A stretch of DNA of 63,853 bases, filler included, from Octopus bimaculoides (GCF_001194135.2; 8 parts of 8 records of this genome joined end to end with filler, not necessarily neighbours in it), one strand, 5' to 3'. Counted from the whole stretch's first letter, positions 1 through 11,620 are shown. Notes: generated from the letters alone by a model not told the origin. A program made the numbers and translations.

Positions 1-45
<45 letters not shown>

Positions 46-162
46 ATGTATATATGTATATATCAGAGAAACATATCATTTGATTACAGGTTTTCGAAAC
101 TTGAACAAAAATTCTGAATTGGTAGATTCTTCCAAGTATCTTCAACTAAATTTATTCATAAA

Positions 163-692
163 CCTATAATAATAAAAGCGAAATTCTGTCTGTCCGTCTG
201 GGACCCCTGTACCTCAGCATACATTTGCGCTACATAGACATTATACCATTTTGGAATCTGGATGATCTCGGGACTTGAACACCCAGTATCATTTGGTTCT
301 TGAATATCCAGCATCATATGGTTCTTGAATATCCAGCATTGTGATCTGATTTAAAAGCATTTGGATTGCTACTTCTAACAGGTGAAGCTTGGCTGATTCA
401 CACCATCTTGGTGACGCTTGTCAGATGACGTCAGAGACCAAGAAGGAGATAAATGACATTCGGTTCGTTAATTTTACGTCGAGATAAGAACTTTGGAACA
501 AATTGGCCAACAGTTGGAATTCAACTTGGGACTGGCGCAATAGAATGGATTACAGAATGCATCCACCCTTAACCTCTGATCAAACACCACCGGGGCATAT
601 AGTCATTATAGACGTATTATGGTCATGCTATTTAGCTCCCATAATTTAGAAGCTAGCTTAAAAGTCCGCACGGAGTACCGCTTTAAAGCTAG
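163..692 (+). mobile_element. Possible non-autonomous Helitron
   Basis: 5' end (A)|CCTATAATAATAAAAGCGAAATTCTGTCTGTCCGTC resembles Helitron TC-start termini with TC changed to CC. 3' end has a short CGG-agta-CCG hairpin followed by CTAG|T (689-692). Internal 25-bp tandem duplication at 288-337. Confidence 0.4.
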
Positions 693-1020
693 TTATATGA
701 TAAATCTAGTTTAATTTGTTGAAATAGTCTAAGTCCTTCATAAAGGTTTCACTACAATCTGATATATGATCACATATTGAAAATAAGCGGGTTTTCATCG
801 GCATTTGAAATATGATAATAAAAGTATGGTTAGTTACATTACCAAAGAGCCACTTTTCATGTGTACGTNNNNNNNNNNNNNNNNNNNNNNNNNNNNNNNN
901 NNNNNNNNNNNNNNNNNNNNNNNNNNNNNNNNNNNNNNNNNNNNNNNNNNNNNNNNNNNNNNNNNNNNNNNNNNNNNNNNNNNNNNNNNNNNNNATATAT
1001 ATATATATATATATATATAG

Positions 1021-1429
1021 GCGCAGGATTGACTGTTTGGTAAGTAGCTTGCTTACCAGCCACATGGTTCCGGATTCAGTCCCACTGCGTGACACCTTGG
1101 GCAAGTGCCTTCTACTATAGCCTCGGGCCGACCACAGCCTTGTGAGTGGATTTGGTAGACGGAAACTGAAAGAAGCACGTCGTATATATGTATATGTATA
1201 TATATGTGTATGTGTTTGTGTATCTGTGTTTGTCCCTCCCCCCTCAACATCGCTTGACAACCGATGCTGGTGTGTTTACGTCTCCGTAACTTAGCAGTTC
1301 GGTAAAAGTGACCGATAGAATAAGTACTAGACTTACAAAGAATAAGTCCTGGGGTCGATTTGCTCGACTAAATGTGGTGCTCCAGCATGGCCGCAGTCAA
1401 ATGACTGAAACGAGTAAAAGAGTAAAGAG
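1021..1429 (+). mobile_element. tRNA-derived SINE family A, full length
   Basis: tRNA-like head with A/B boxes, CCTTGGGCAAGTG body, internal (TA)/(TG) microsatellite and GACTGAAAC-AGTAAAAGAG tail. More than 10 related copies occur in the window. Confidence 0.85.
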
Positions 1430-1805
1430 CATATATGTATAAGGTTGAAAAGGAACACACGAGTTGATATATATATATATAATGATGAAGACATGAAAAT
1501 AGCGTTTGTTTTATATACAATACGTATAAATAGACGGATTATAATACATCTTCTGTGAATTGAACAGTAAAAAATATCTAATGCTATTTCTAACGATCTT
1601 TTCGTAACCAAATCAGTCATGATGACTAATTGTGTTTCTATGGTTTTAACGCATATATTTTTGTAGATGTGTGTATATTGCCACATTGAAAACTTTTTTT
1701 GTTTTTTTTTTGTTTTTGATTAATTGACAAGTGGAAACTTTGAGTAAATATACAAGTGACTTGAGCTTCCAATCAAATATGCAAGCTATGTGTATTTAGT
1801 GGTGT

Positions 1806-1852
1806 CTTTCTCTCTCTCTCTCTTTCTATCTCTCTCTCTCTCTCTTTCTATC

Positions 1853-1885
<33 letters not shown>

Positions 1886-1911
1886 GCTCTCTCTTTATTT
1901 CTCTATCTCTC

Positions 1912-1945
<34 letters not shown>

Positions 1946-1990
1946 ACGCATACACAGAGACAGAAAGTGAGACAGACAGACAGGCAACAG
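1806..1990. repeat. Compound (CT)n/(CA)n/(GACA)n microsatellite
   Basis: Direct inspection. Confidence 0.9.
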
Positions 1991-2547
1991 GTAGACAGAT
2001 AGATGTGCTCAGTGATATATTTATATAAACATATAAATCTATATAAGTATATATATATATATATTACGTATACTTATACATGCATGATAACATACATATA
2101 TATATACATACATATATATATATATANNNNNNNNNNNNNNNNNNNNNNNNNNNNNNNNNNNNNNNNNNNNNNNNNNNNNNNNNNNNNNNNNNNNNNNNNN
2201 NNNNNNNNNNNNNNNNNNNNNNNNNNNNNNNNNNNNNNNNNNNNNNNNNNNNNNNNNNNNNNNNNNNNNNNNNNNNNNNNNNNNNNNNNNNNNNNNNNNN
2301 NNNNNNNNNNNNNNNNNNNNNNNNNNNNNNNNNNNNNNNNNNNNNNNNNNNNNNNNNNNNNNNNNNNNNNNNNNNNNNNNNNNNNNNNNNNNNNNNNNNN
2401 NNNNNNNNNNNNNNNNNNNNNNNNNNNNNNNNNNNNNNNNNNNNNNNNNNNNNNNNNNNNNNNNNNNNNNNNNNNNNNNNNNNNNNNNNNNNNNNNNNNN
2501 NNNNNNNNNNNNNNNNNNNNTATATACATATATGTATGTATGTGTGC

Positions 2548-2578
<31 letters not shown>

Positions 2579-2700
2579 AATTTATATAAATAAGGATAAG
2601 ATCGTTATATAAAACACCGATCATAGTAGGTGGCCAGTATGGGAATAAAAAACCTCATAGGTAATAATTAGTATTAAAATTGTAATTAAGGGTATCTGAG

Positions 2701-2991
2701 AGATACCACCATGCTTGATATAGCAGCCAAAACTTGACTTTAAAACCACATTAAATGATCATACAGCACCAGGAGAGAAAGCAAAGAGACAAAATAAACT
2801 AGCAAAATAAAGTATTGGATAACTATAGGCGTAGGAGTGCCTGTGTGGTAAGTAGCTTGCTTACCAACCACCTGGGCCCGGGTTCAGTCCCACTGCATGA
2901 CATCTTGGGTAAGTGTCTTGTACTATGGCCTCGGGCCTACCAATGCCTTGTGAGTGGATTTGGTAGACGGAAACTGAGAGAAGCCCATCGA

Positions 2992-3027
<36 letters not shown>

Positions 3028-3395
3028 TTGTGAGCCTGAGTTTGTTCCCACCACCATTGCTTGACAACCGATGCTGGTGTGTTTACGTCCCTGTAAGTTA
3101 GTGGTTCGGCAAAAGAGACTGAATGAATAAGTACTGGGCTTACAAAGGATATGTCCTAGGGTTGATTTGATCGACTAAAGGCGGTGCTCCAGCATAGCCA
3201 CAGTCAAATGACTGAAACAAGTAACAGAGTAAAGAGAAATTCCAGACCCTGCATTTCTGGTTCTCCATAAGAAATGCTTTGCCTTCATCAGTGGAATATA
3301 CGCAAATATATTTGTCTTTTCTCCTGGTGCTGTATGAACATTTAATGTGGTTTTAGAGTCAAGTTTTAGCTGCTATATCTAGCACGGTGGTATCT
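2701..3395. repeat. Inverted pair of ~85-bp repeats (2701-2785 / 3311-3395) bracketing a SINE
   Basis: AGATACCACCATGCTTGATATAGCAGCCAAAACTTGAC...CAGCACCAGGAGA matches the reverse complement of 3311-3395 with scattered mismatches. Confidence 0.8.
2828..3236 (+). mobile_element. SINE family A, full length
   Basis: Same head/body/tail as 1021-1429. Confidence 0.85.
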
Positions 3396-3454
3396 CCTAG
3401 AAACTCTCCGTTATAATTTTATATATATATACATATATATATATATGTATGTAT

Positions 3455-3500
<46 letters not shown>

Positions 3501-4780
3501 ACACACACACACAAAGAGACAAAGATAGATAGCTACATACACACACACAAATAGATATAAATATGTTATGCATGTACATATTATGCATACATTTTCGTAT
3601 GTATGCATTGCATTATTGTATTAGACAGGAGTGTGATTTGATTTAACCCGTGTGTTGAAGCTGAAGCAACGACATCGTGGACGAGCCAGTTAATAATACA
3701 CAAAACTGTGAAATTCGCTTTAAATTGAAATTGCAATGAAACTTCGTCAGTGACCAAGTCGTATTCGTCGGACGAAAACTTTAACACTTAATGAAATAAA
3801 TTTGAATATAAAGTGAATTTCACAGCTTTCTGTTATTAAATGTCTCTTCTACAATGCAGTTTGTTTATGCGTTGATTTCACATGATAATTTTATGTTTGT
3901 ATATCGTTATATTTTCACATGCTTATAACCAGATATACGAATCCTGCTACCGAGATTCTTCATTTCACCATATTTAACATTACCATTTGAGGAATTTTCT
4001 CTCAGCTCCATTTTCATTATTCATTTTTAGTAATCTATTTTCCGCTTTACTCACAGATTTGTGTGTGCGACCGAATATCCTAATTTGCGAGTGCCAGCGT
4101 CTATGCGTTAAAACATGATTACCAACGATCTTACGAATATATCGCCAGCAATCCTCTCTAATTCTTGTATCATTTCAAACCAGCTGCGTGTCTCTCAGTC
4201 TTGACTCAAAGATGCTAAGCTGTAAATGAGCACGTGTAAGAAAAATGTCCACTCCACCCTCCTCCCCTTCACAAACGCAATATACGTCACAGTAATGTTT
4301 ACTCGTTTATGTTTTACCTTTTATGGTTATGTATTTCGTTATCTTTCATTTTGTAGTTATATCTATCATATAACCTTTGTATACAGAAATACGTACACGT
4401 GTGCATACAAATGATCGTACTTATATATGCGCACGTGTGTGTGTGTACGCGTGTGTAGGTAATGTCAGACTACGCAAGCATATGCAATCTAATGTCTGCT
4501 ATCTCACTTTTTCCTGTCTTCTATAATAGGTGTTATGATATCAGACATACAGTATTTACTAATATATACAATATCACTACCATGAAAAGAAACAAACATC
4601 CTCAGCCGCTTCTCAAGCACCGAAACTTTGGTTAATGAAAGCAACCTCTTCTCAATGAATATGCTTCACTATCTCGAAATGTAAGGTAAGATTCTAATAA
4701 ATGTAAAAAGCATGAAAGGGAAACCAAGGACTATATAAAAATATATATTTCTTCGATGACATTATAAATCAAAATATTCT

Positions 4781-4986
4781 TTTCTACTCTAGGCACAAGG
4801 CCCGAAATTTTTCGGGAGGTGGGGCAGTCGATTAGATCGACCCCGATGCGCAACTGGTACTTAATTTGTCGACCCTGAAAGGCAAAGCCGACCTCAGCGG
4901 AATTTGAACTCAGAACGTAAAGACAGACGAAATACCGGTAAGTATTTTCACCCGGAGTGATAACGTTTCTGCCAGCTCACCGCCTT
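4781..4986 (-). mobile_element. tRNA-derived SINE family B (tail type 1)
   Basis: Reverse strand reads GGCGGTGAGCTGGCAGAAACG...GAGTTCAAATTCCGC...GGGTCGA...GGCCTTGTGCCTAGAGTAGAAA. Confidence 0.85.
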
Positions 4987-5043
4987 GCTAATTGCAGTTA
5001 TTAATAACTTCTTCGGTTATAAGAAAACCGAAAAAAATACCGA

Positions 5044-5810
5044 TTTTTTTATTAGGCATAAAGCCCTAAACATAGATGGGGACACCACAAGGACAGACAA
5101 GATCACAGTGGGGACAAAAAACATAAAACGAATGTAAATGAAATGAAAGTTATATAAAAATGAAAAGATGAAAATGGACGCATGAGCCCCATCATATGCA
5201 GTACCATTTGAACCGTTATATGTACTATTTACAATTGTTATTTTTCTTTTTTTTTTCCTTTAATTTCATTCTTTTTTCTTTTTGCCTTTAGTAGAACTTC
5301 ATTAGTGGTTCGATATCCCTTAAATCCACCACTGGTGGCAACTCTTTTAAATTTCACCTCCACTCCTGGCGGGTCAACGTTATCTCCACACATCTCTTTC
5401 AATTTTATGTAGTTTTCCTCTTCAATCAATATTGCCTTCATATCCTCTGCGTAGAGGTATGGAGGTACCTTCACTCTTACTATTGAATGAAACTTGATTA
5501 TCTTCTCTGTTTCAACATTTTTTGGGTACGTCACATAATACCACACTCCATCTCCTCCTCGTATCTTCTTTCCTTTCTCTTGGACTTTTGGCTCTCTTTT
5601 TTCTTCCTACATAAATAGTCTCTCCATCTCACCTTCATATAGTTGTGTTTTCGACTTTTTCTCCACTGGTAGCTCCACTTTCTTTTTACTTTCTTTTTCC
5701 TTCCTACTGCCCTCCTTCACAGTTTCTTTTCTCACCTCTTCTCTCTTCTTTTTCTGCTTCTCTGCCGGAGAACTCATTCCTCTGTTCCTCTTTCTTTTTT
5801 TTTTAACCAT
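5044..5810 (-). mobile_element. Retro-element relic: Lys-rich ~190-codon ORF (one internal TAG) plus LINE-type 3' tail
   Basis: ORFs 5607-5810 and 5238-5546 are in the same frame, separated only by the TAG at 5607-5609. The downstream tail TTGTCTGTCCTTGTGGTGTCCCCATCTATGTTTAGGGCTTTATGCCTAATAAAA resembles the SINE-B type-2 tail. Confidence 0.5.
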
Positions 5811-5814
5811 AGTG

Positions 5815-5990
5815 AATCCCGCTACGTTCTGAGTTCAAATTCCGCCGAGGTCGACTTTGCCTTTCATCTTTTCGGGGTCGATAAATTAAGTACCAGTTAC
5901 GCACTGGGGTCGATGTAATCGACTTAATCCCTTTGTCTGTCTTTGTTTGGCCCCTCTATATTTAGCGCCTTGTGAGCACTAAGGAAATAG
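5815..5990 (+). mobile_element. SINE family B, 5'-truncated, tail type 2
   Basis: GCTACGTTCTGAGTTCAAATTCCGCCGAGGTCGACTTTGCCTTTCATC core followed by the TTAATCCCTTTGTCTGTC...CCTTGTGAGCACTAAGGAAATAG tail. Confidence 0.85.
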
Positions 5991-6801
5991 ATAATAAAGA
6001 TAACACCAACATTTTAACATAAAGATATAATCAGCCACCACTACTCAAACTGTAAATCATTTCATTTAGCACATGCAAAATGCTACGCCCCATAATGTGT
6101 AGCCAGGGTAATTTGTACGTTTTTTTTTTTAAATATAAATAAGAGGAGAACAACACGCAAACCTCGAATTTCTACTTTAACAAAAATACCTACACTTCGT
6201 TATACAAAACAGAGCTGATCAAACGAAAGTGTGTAGAACGATTTTGAGCAACCCAAACAAGAGAAACACGAGACGAACATGTACTGCCTTTTGTAGTGAC
6301 ACACAATCCACGTAATCAGAATATTTTTAATGTCATCAAATTCCACTTGGCAAATGTCAGACAAACTAATCAATTAAAAGAATTACACATAGAGCGCTTG
6401 TTCAAAGCGAACGACAGACACAATGTATGAAACCATTGCTATCAACGGGAACGTTTTGATCTAAAGAACAACGATAAATATTTCATAGTGTATAAATGCA
6501 TTGATAATTGTTGTCGTACCCGTCTATGGATATAAGCTGGTTATGATATATCAACGCAAAGACCGGAAGGAAAATATTCCCAAATGAAAATATGAACTCT
6601 AAAATCGGAAATCTGATTCAGTGCACCAAATGACCACTGAGAAAAGAAATATATATGTAGGTTAGACAGCAAATTCATTATCATAACGCATGCGAGTACA
6701 TTGCCAGCAAACTTGGAAACCTGGTTGTCAAACACATTTAGATAGTCATAGAGTAGAGAGATATGTACTTATAAAAATCTGTTAAATATTTCCCGATATG
6801 T

Positions 6802-7170
6802 GCAGGTGTGGCTGCGTGGTAAAAAGCCTGCTTCCCAACCACATGGTTCCGGTTTCAGTACCACTGTGTTGCACCTTGGATAAGTGTCTTCTACTATATC
6901 CTCGGGCAGAATAAAACCTTGTGAATGGATTTGGTAGAAAGAATCTGAAAGAAGCCCGTCTTATATGTGTGTATATTATATATATGTATGTATATCTATG
7001 TGTCTTTGTGTGTGTGTCTGTCCCACCACCACCACTTGACAACCAATGTTAGTGTGTTTTCGTCCCTGTAACTTAGCGTTTCGGCAAAAGAGACTGAATA
7101 ACAACTAAAAATTCGATGCTTAGCCCCAGCATAGCTGCATTCTAATGACTGAAACAAGCAAAAGACAAAA
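6802..7170 (+). mobile_element. SINE family A, diverged, nested in the PLE
   Basis: Homologous to 1021-1429. Confidence 0.8.
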
Positions 7171-7319
7171 TAAATATTGTATAAAGTTTATGATTCGGGC
7201 GAAGTTAAGAGAAGGGCAAGAGAATTTATTGAGAAATAGAAACCAGTTACGAAGACATTAATATTAACGTGTATTTAAACTTGATTTAAATATATAATTC
7301 TCCCAAAACCTGTTAAAAT

Positions 7320-7544
7320 CTTTTCTACTCTAAGCAAAAGGCCTGAATTTTGGAAGAAAGGAGCCAGTCGATTAGATCGACCCAGTGTACAACTGGTACT
7401 TAATTTATCTTAATTTATCGACTTCGAAAGAATGAAAGACAAAGTCGACGTCGGCAGAATATGAACTCAGAAAGTAGAGACAGACGAAATACCGCTAAGC
7501 ATTTCACTCGGCGTGCTAATGTCTCTGCCAGCTCGCCGCCTTCT
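7320..7544 (-). mobile_element. SINE family B with 15-bp target-site duplication
   Basis: AAAACCTGTTAAAAT flanks both sides (7305-7319 and 7545-7559). Confidence 0.9.
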
Positions 7545-7738
7545 AAAACCTGTTAAAATACAGGAAGTATTTAAAGATAATCTCGTTTTAATTATACAAC
7601 AATGCCACCAGGTTATAGGTGCAGTAGTTATGTATGTGTTTAGCTAAAGTTTTTATAAAACATGCAAGTACTTTTGTGAAAAAAAAAAGTAAAACAGAAA
7701 CATCGGACTATCTTTGTATTTTAACTCCCCTTCTTAGT

Positions 7739-7776
7739 TCTTTCTGTCGAAGAGCGTAGGCTTGAAACGTCGAAGA
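7739..7776 (+). ncRNA. Variant minimal hammerhead-like motif at PLE terminus
   Basis: TCTTT-CTGTCGA-A-GAGC(GTAG)GCTT-GAAAC-GTC-GAAGA. Helix I and II can pair and helix III is the palindromic ACGT. The core deviates from CUGANGA. Confidence 0.4.
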
Positions 7777-8117
7777 CTTCTGTATTCTTCCTGAGCGTCA
7801 AACTCAACTTGTTGTTCCATCACCTGTCTTCGGCATTTGTTTTCAGTAAATTTGAATTATATCAGTATATAGTTAATACATATATACGTGCATGCATGCA
7901 TACATACATACATACATACATACATACATACATACATACATACATACATACATACATAGAGAGATAGATAGATATAAGAAACCAAGGAGTTAAGGTGGTG
8001 AAGGATAGTAAATATCTCAGATACAATGATAGATAAACTTGGGATTAGATTTGGTGTGGTGAGTGTTTTCCAAGTAAGAAGAGAGGCGTATATATATATA
8101 TATAAAAATACACACAC

Positions 8118-8158
<41 letters not shown>

Positions 8159-9017
8159 AATATAAAGATAAGGGATCATAGCACTAAGCAATGAAGTGTA
8201 TAAATATTTATATACATCACTGCTTAGCGCTGTCTCTCCATATATTATTTACGGCCATCCGCTGATTAGCGTAACCGGTCATTGGACAATGACGGAAATG
8301 TCATATGATGGACATGCCCTTAGTATCAGTTCGCAGTATTTGCTTTTCCGGTCTCTGCTGCTGAGGAGGAAATTGCCACTCCGAAATGCATGCATCGAAT
8401 GGTTACGAGGCGCTGCAAACTGACACTCTGTGTTTTACACGTTTTATCTATGATGAAATACAATGAATGGCTTTCTTATGAGTTTAAAGATGCTTGAAGC
8501 ATGTTTGATCTGGAAACATGTTTATATGTAATATAAAAAGATATACAGGTTTGGCCAGAGGTCACCCGGCAGTAAATCTAAATTCCATAAATACTTGATA
8601 TTCAATTTTATTTATTCATTCCAATTATGAATGTTTAATAATTGAATGCTGCGAGTTAAAAAATTATCGTTTTCTTTTCAACATTTGTCTGTTAATTAGC
8701 GAAATCTCATAAAATAAATTTTTGTTTTAATCTTGGAATTAAATGGTTTTGATCTGCTGCCAGGTAAGATTTGGCCAAATCTGTATCATACATACATACA
8801 TATAGAAAATACGATATATATACTTAAAGATATATATCTGTGTGTCTACACACACACACACGCATATGTATAAATATATATATATGTATATATATATATA
8901 TATCTACATATAGATCTATATATATATACATACTTATACCTATGCATACATGCTTGCACTATTCATACGTATATATATCTGGATGGGGGTCTGTAAGTGT
9001 TTATGTTTTGTGGTGAA

Positions 9018-9160
9018 GGCACATGGCTGTGTGGTTAGAGCATCCAGCTAACAATCATGATGTAATGAGTTCGATTCTTGGATCGAGCAGTGTTCTTGAG
9101 CAAAAAATTTCATTTCACGTTCCTCTAGTTCACGACACTGTAGAAATGAGTTGTGATGTT
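9018..9160 (+). mobile_element. tRNA-derived SINE family C, diverged
   Basis: GGCACATGGCTGTGTGGTTAGAG...GAGTTCGATTC head followed by GTGTTCTTGAGCAA. Related to 13400-13605. Confidence 0.6.
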
Positions 9161-9238
9161 ACTTACTACACAGCCACTCATATATATATAACTTGTTTTA
9201 AATGTCTTAACGAGAGATATACAGTAATATCGAATATC

Positions 9239-9428
9239 AAAGTTTAACTTGCCAACAGAAACTATGGATTGTAAGGCTGGAGGTGGGAGGGATGACATCC
9301 CTTGGAATCACCATACGGACACAGACTGTGTGTCGATAGCCAGCAGGAAATGGTTGTTTTCCTGGGGTATAAACAACAGTAACAGCGTCCTTTATAGGAA
9401 CACCACATTCTGTTGGCAAACCAAACTT

Positions 9429-9429
<1 letters not shown>
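9239..9429. mobile_element. Unclassified MITE-like element
   Basis: Terminal inverted repeats AAAGTTT(aac/ggt)TTGCCAACAGAA around a ~145-bp non-coding core. Confidence 0.55.
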
Positions 9430-9479
<50 letters not shown>

Positions 9480-9680
9480 TAAATGGATGTGTGTATTTTT
9501 CCCTTGTTTAGAATTAACACGGAAGAAATAAATAAACAGTTACCAGGGCAGCAAATAATCACACAAGTAATAAGGACGTAACACCCTGTTTGTAAAAGTA
9601 GTAACTCCGGGTTGATGTGAAATATTTTGCATAATATACAAATAAATAAATAAATGGAGTTAAACGCAGGTGTTATTCAA

Positions 9681-9785
9681 ATTCCTTTACTTCCGACACA
9701 TGTTTCGAAGACAACATTGGTATTACTCCAAAGGAATAAAATGGTGTAAAACAATGTAATCTTCTCATCAAGGAAAGAAAGAAAT
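9681..9785 (-). ncRNA. Type I hammerhead ribozyme motif (U3 variant, extended helix II)
   Basis: Minus strand: ATTTCTTTCTTTCC-TTGATGA-GAAGA...TCTTC-GAAAC-ATGT-GTC^GGAAGTAAAGGAAT. Helix I is ~14 bp with 1 mismatch. Helix II is extended by ACATTG/CAATGT. Predicted cut lies between 9695 and 9694. Confidence 0.65.
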
Positions 9786-9939
9786 AAACTAAACTCATCA
9801 ATAAGACATTTGAACAGAATGCGATGGATGTGTATAATGATGAATGGAACGCATCGTGGCTTGCATTCTGCGTTATTTTGACCGTCGGTGATATTCGCGA
9901 TTTTTGTCGTCTGCCTCTCATGCAATATCGGCGGTGACG

Positions 9940-10049
9940 TAATCGTCATCACCACCTTCATCATCATCATCATCATCATCACCATCATCATCATCACCAC
10001 CTTCATCACCATCATCATCACCTTCATCATCACCTTCACCATCATCATC

Positions 10050-10095
<46 letters not shown>

Positions 10096-10142
10096 CCACC
10101 TTCATCTTCACCATCATCATCATCTTCGTCTTCATCTTCATC

Positions 10143-10177
<35 letters not shown>

Positions 10178-10944
10178 TATCGTCCTTTTCATCACCATCA
10201 CCATCATTGTCATCATCATTGTCGTCATCATCATCATCATCATCATCATGAGGTGCAGCAGCAATATCGTAATCATTATTGTTAAAACGATATTGTCATT
10301 GATTTTTTGTTTCTTTTTGCTGCTGCTGCTGCTGTTGTTGGGGTTCTGGCCGTTGCCGCCGCCGCCGCCGCTGCTGCTGCTGCTGTGGTTGATTTTGTTA
10401 TCGTTGTTGTTGTTGTTGTTGCTTTTGCTGTGGATATTGTTGTTGTTGTTGTTATTGTTGTCGTTGTGGTTATTCCTATTGCTGTGGTTGTTGCTGTTGT
10501 GTTTCTTGTTGTTGCTGTTCCATAATAATCATTATGGTGAACATCGTCATTATTATGAATCTTGCATTAACAAGAAAGTCGGGAACAGGAGCACAAACAG
10601 CATGCGGCTAGGTGATATAATAAGAGTTTTATCGATTGAATTAATATATTAATGTAATATAAAGCTTTTGGGCTTTTTCTTCTTTTTTTGTTTTTGTTTC
10701 CTTTCCATCGTTGGTGTTGTTGTTGCTGTTGTTGTAACAGTTATGGTGAGTTTTTTTTTGTTTTTTTTTTGTTTTTTTGCTGCATATGTTTAATTTTTTG
10801 CAATTTGATGTTCTTTTGTCGTTCATTTTTTTTTTTTGTTTGTTACGTATTTATTCATTGAATGTTTATTTCTTATTCTTATTATCATCATCATCGTCAT
10901 CATTATCTTCATTATTATCAATATACTATTATTATTATTATTAT

Positions 10945-10982
<38 letters not shown>

Positions 10983-11010
10983 TTTATTGGTATTATTTCT
11001 ATTATTATTA

Positions 11011-11074
<64 letters not shown>

Positions 11075-11190
11075 CATTATTATTATTATTGGCACTATTA
11101 TTATTATCACTATCGTCGTCATCATCATCGTCATTATCATTATGAACGTCATCGTCATCGTTCTTGTTGTTATTGGTGCTATTGTTGTTG

Positions 11191-11242
<52 letters not shown>

Positions 11243-11579
11243 TTTGCTCTGAGTGATTCAAGTAGGTCATATGTAAGTCTTTTTTTTTTTTTCGTTTTCC
11301 TATATTTTTTTATTTGAATTTTTATTTTCATCTTCTCCTTTTTCTTGTTTTACTTTTTTTTATTGATGTCTAGTTTATCGAGTGCGGAGAGCATGGCGAG
11401 GGTTAGCCATACTGTGATAAAAAAACAGACACGGTTACACATTCAAGATGGAAATATTTCATTTGTGATATTTTAGATAAGTCATATTTTTCTTGTCTTT
11501 CATTTTTGTTTGTTGTTTGTTTGGCATTTACTATTTTTGCCTATTATTATTATCATTATTATTATCAATATTTTTATTA

Positions 11580-11620
<41 letters not shown>

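Larger units (their letters stand above)
6140..7855 (+). mobile_element. Decayed Penelope-like element (RT C-terminus, GIY-YIG endonuclease, 3' terminus) interrupted by two SINEs
   Basis: Manual translation: LPFVVTHNPRNQNIF (~6285-6330); NLIQCTK*...IYVG*TANSLS*RMRVHCQQ (~6610-6710, GIY-YIG-like); after the SINE, YKVYDSGEVKRRAREFIEK*KP (~7180-7245). A hammerhead-like terminal motif follows at 7739-7776. Confidence 0.7.

Noticed and set aside
4055-4219. Exon-like segment with good splice signals on the minus strand (CAG...GTGAGT)
   Set aside because: Stops occur in all three frames. It could only be non-coding, which the sequence alone cannot support.
4530-4685. Plus-strand segment with strong acceptor and GTAAG donor
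   Set aside because: Stops occur in all three frames and no homology was recognised.
9888-10652. 254-aa very hydrophobic ORF resembling a membrane protein
   Set aside because: It consists of (CAT)n/(TGC)n/(TGT)n repeats, which stay open in several frames by construction.
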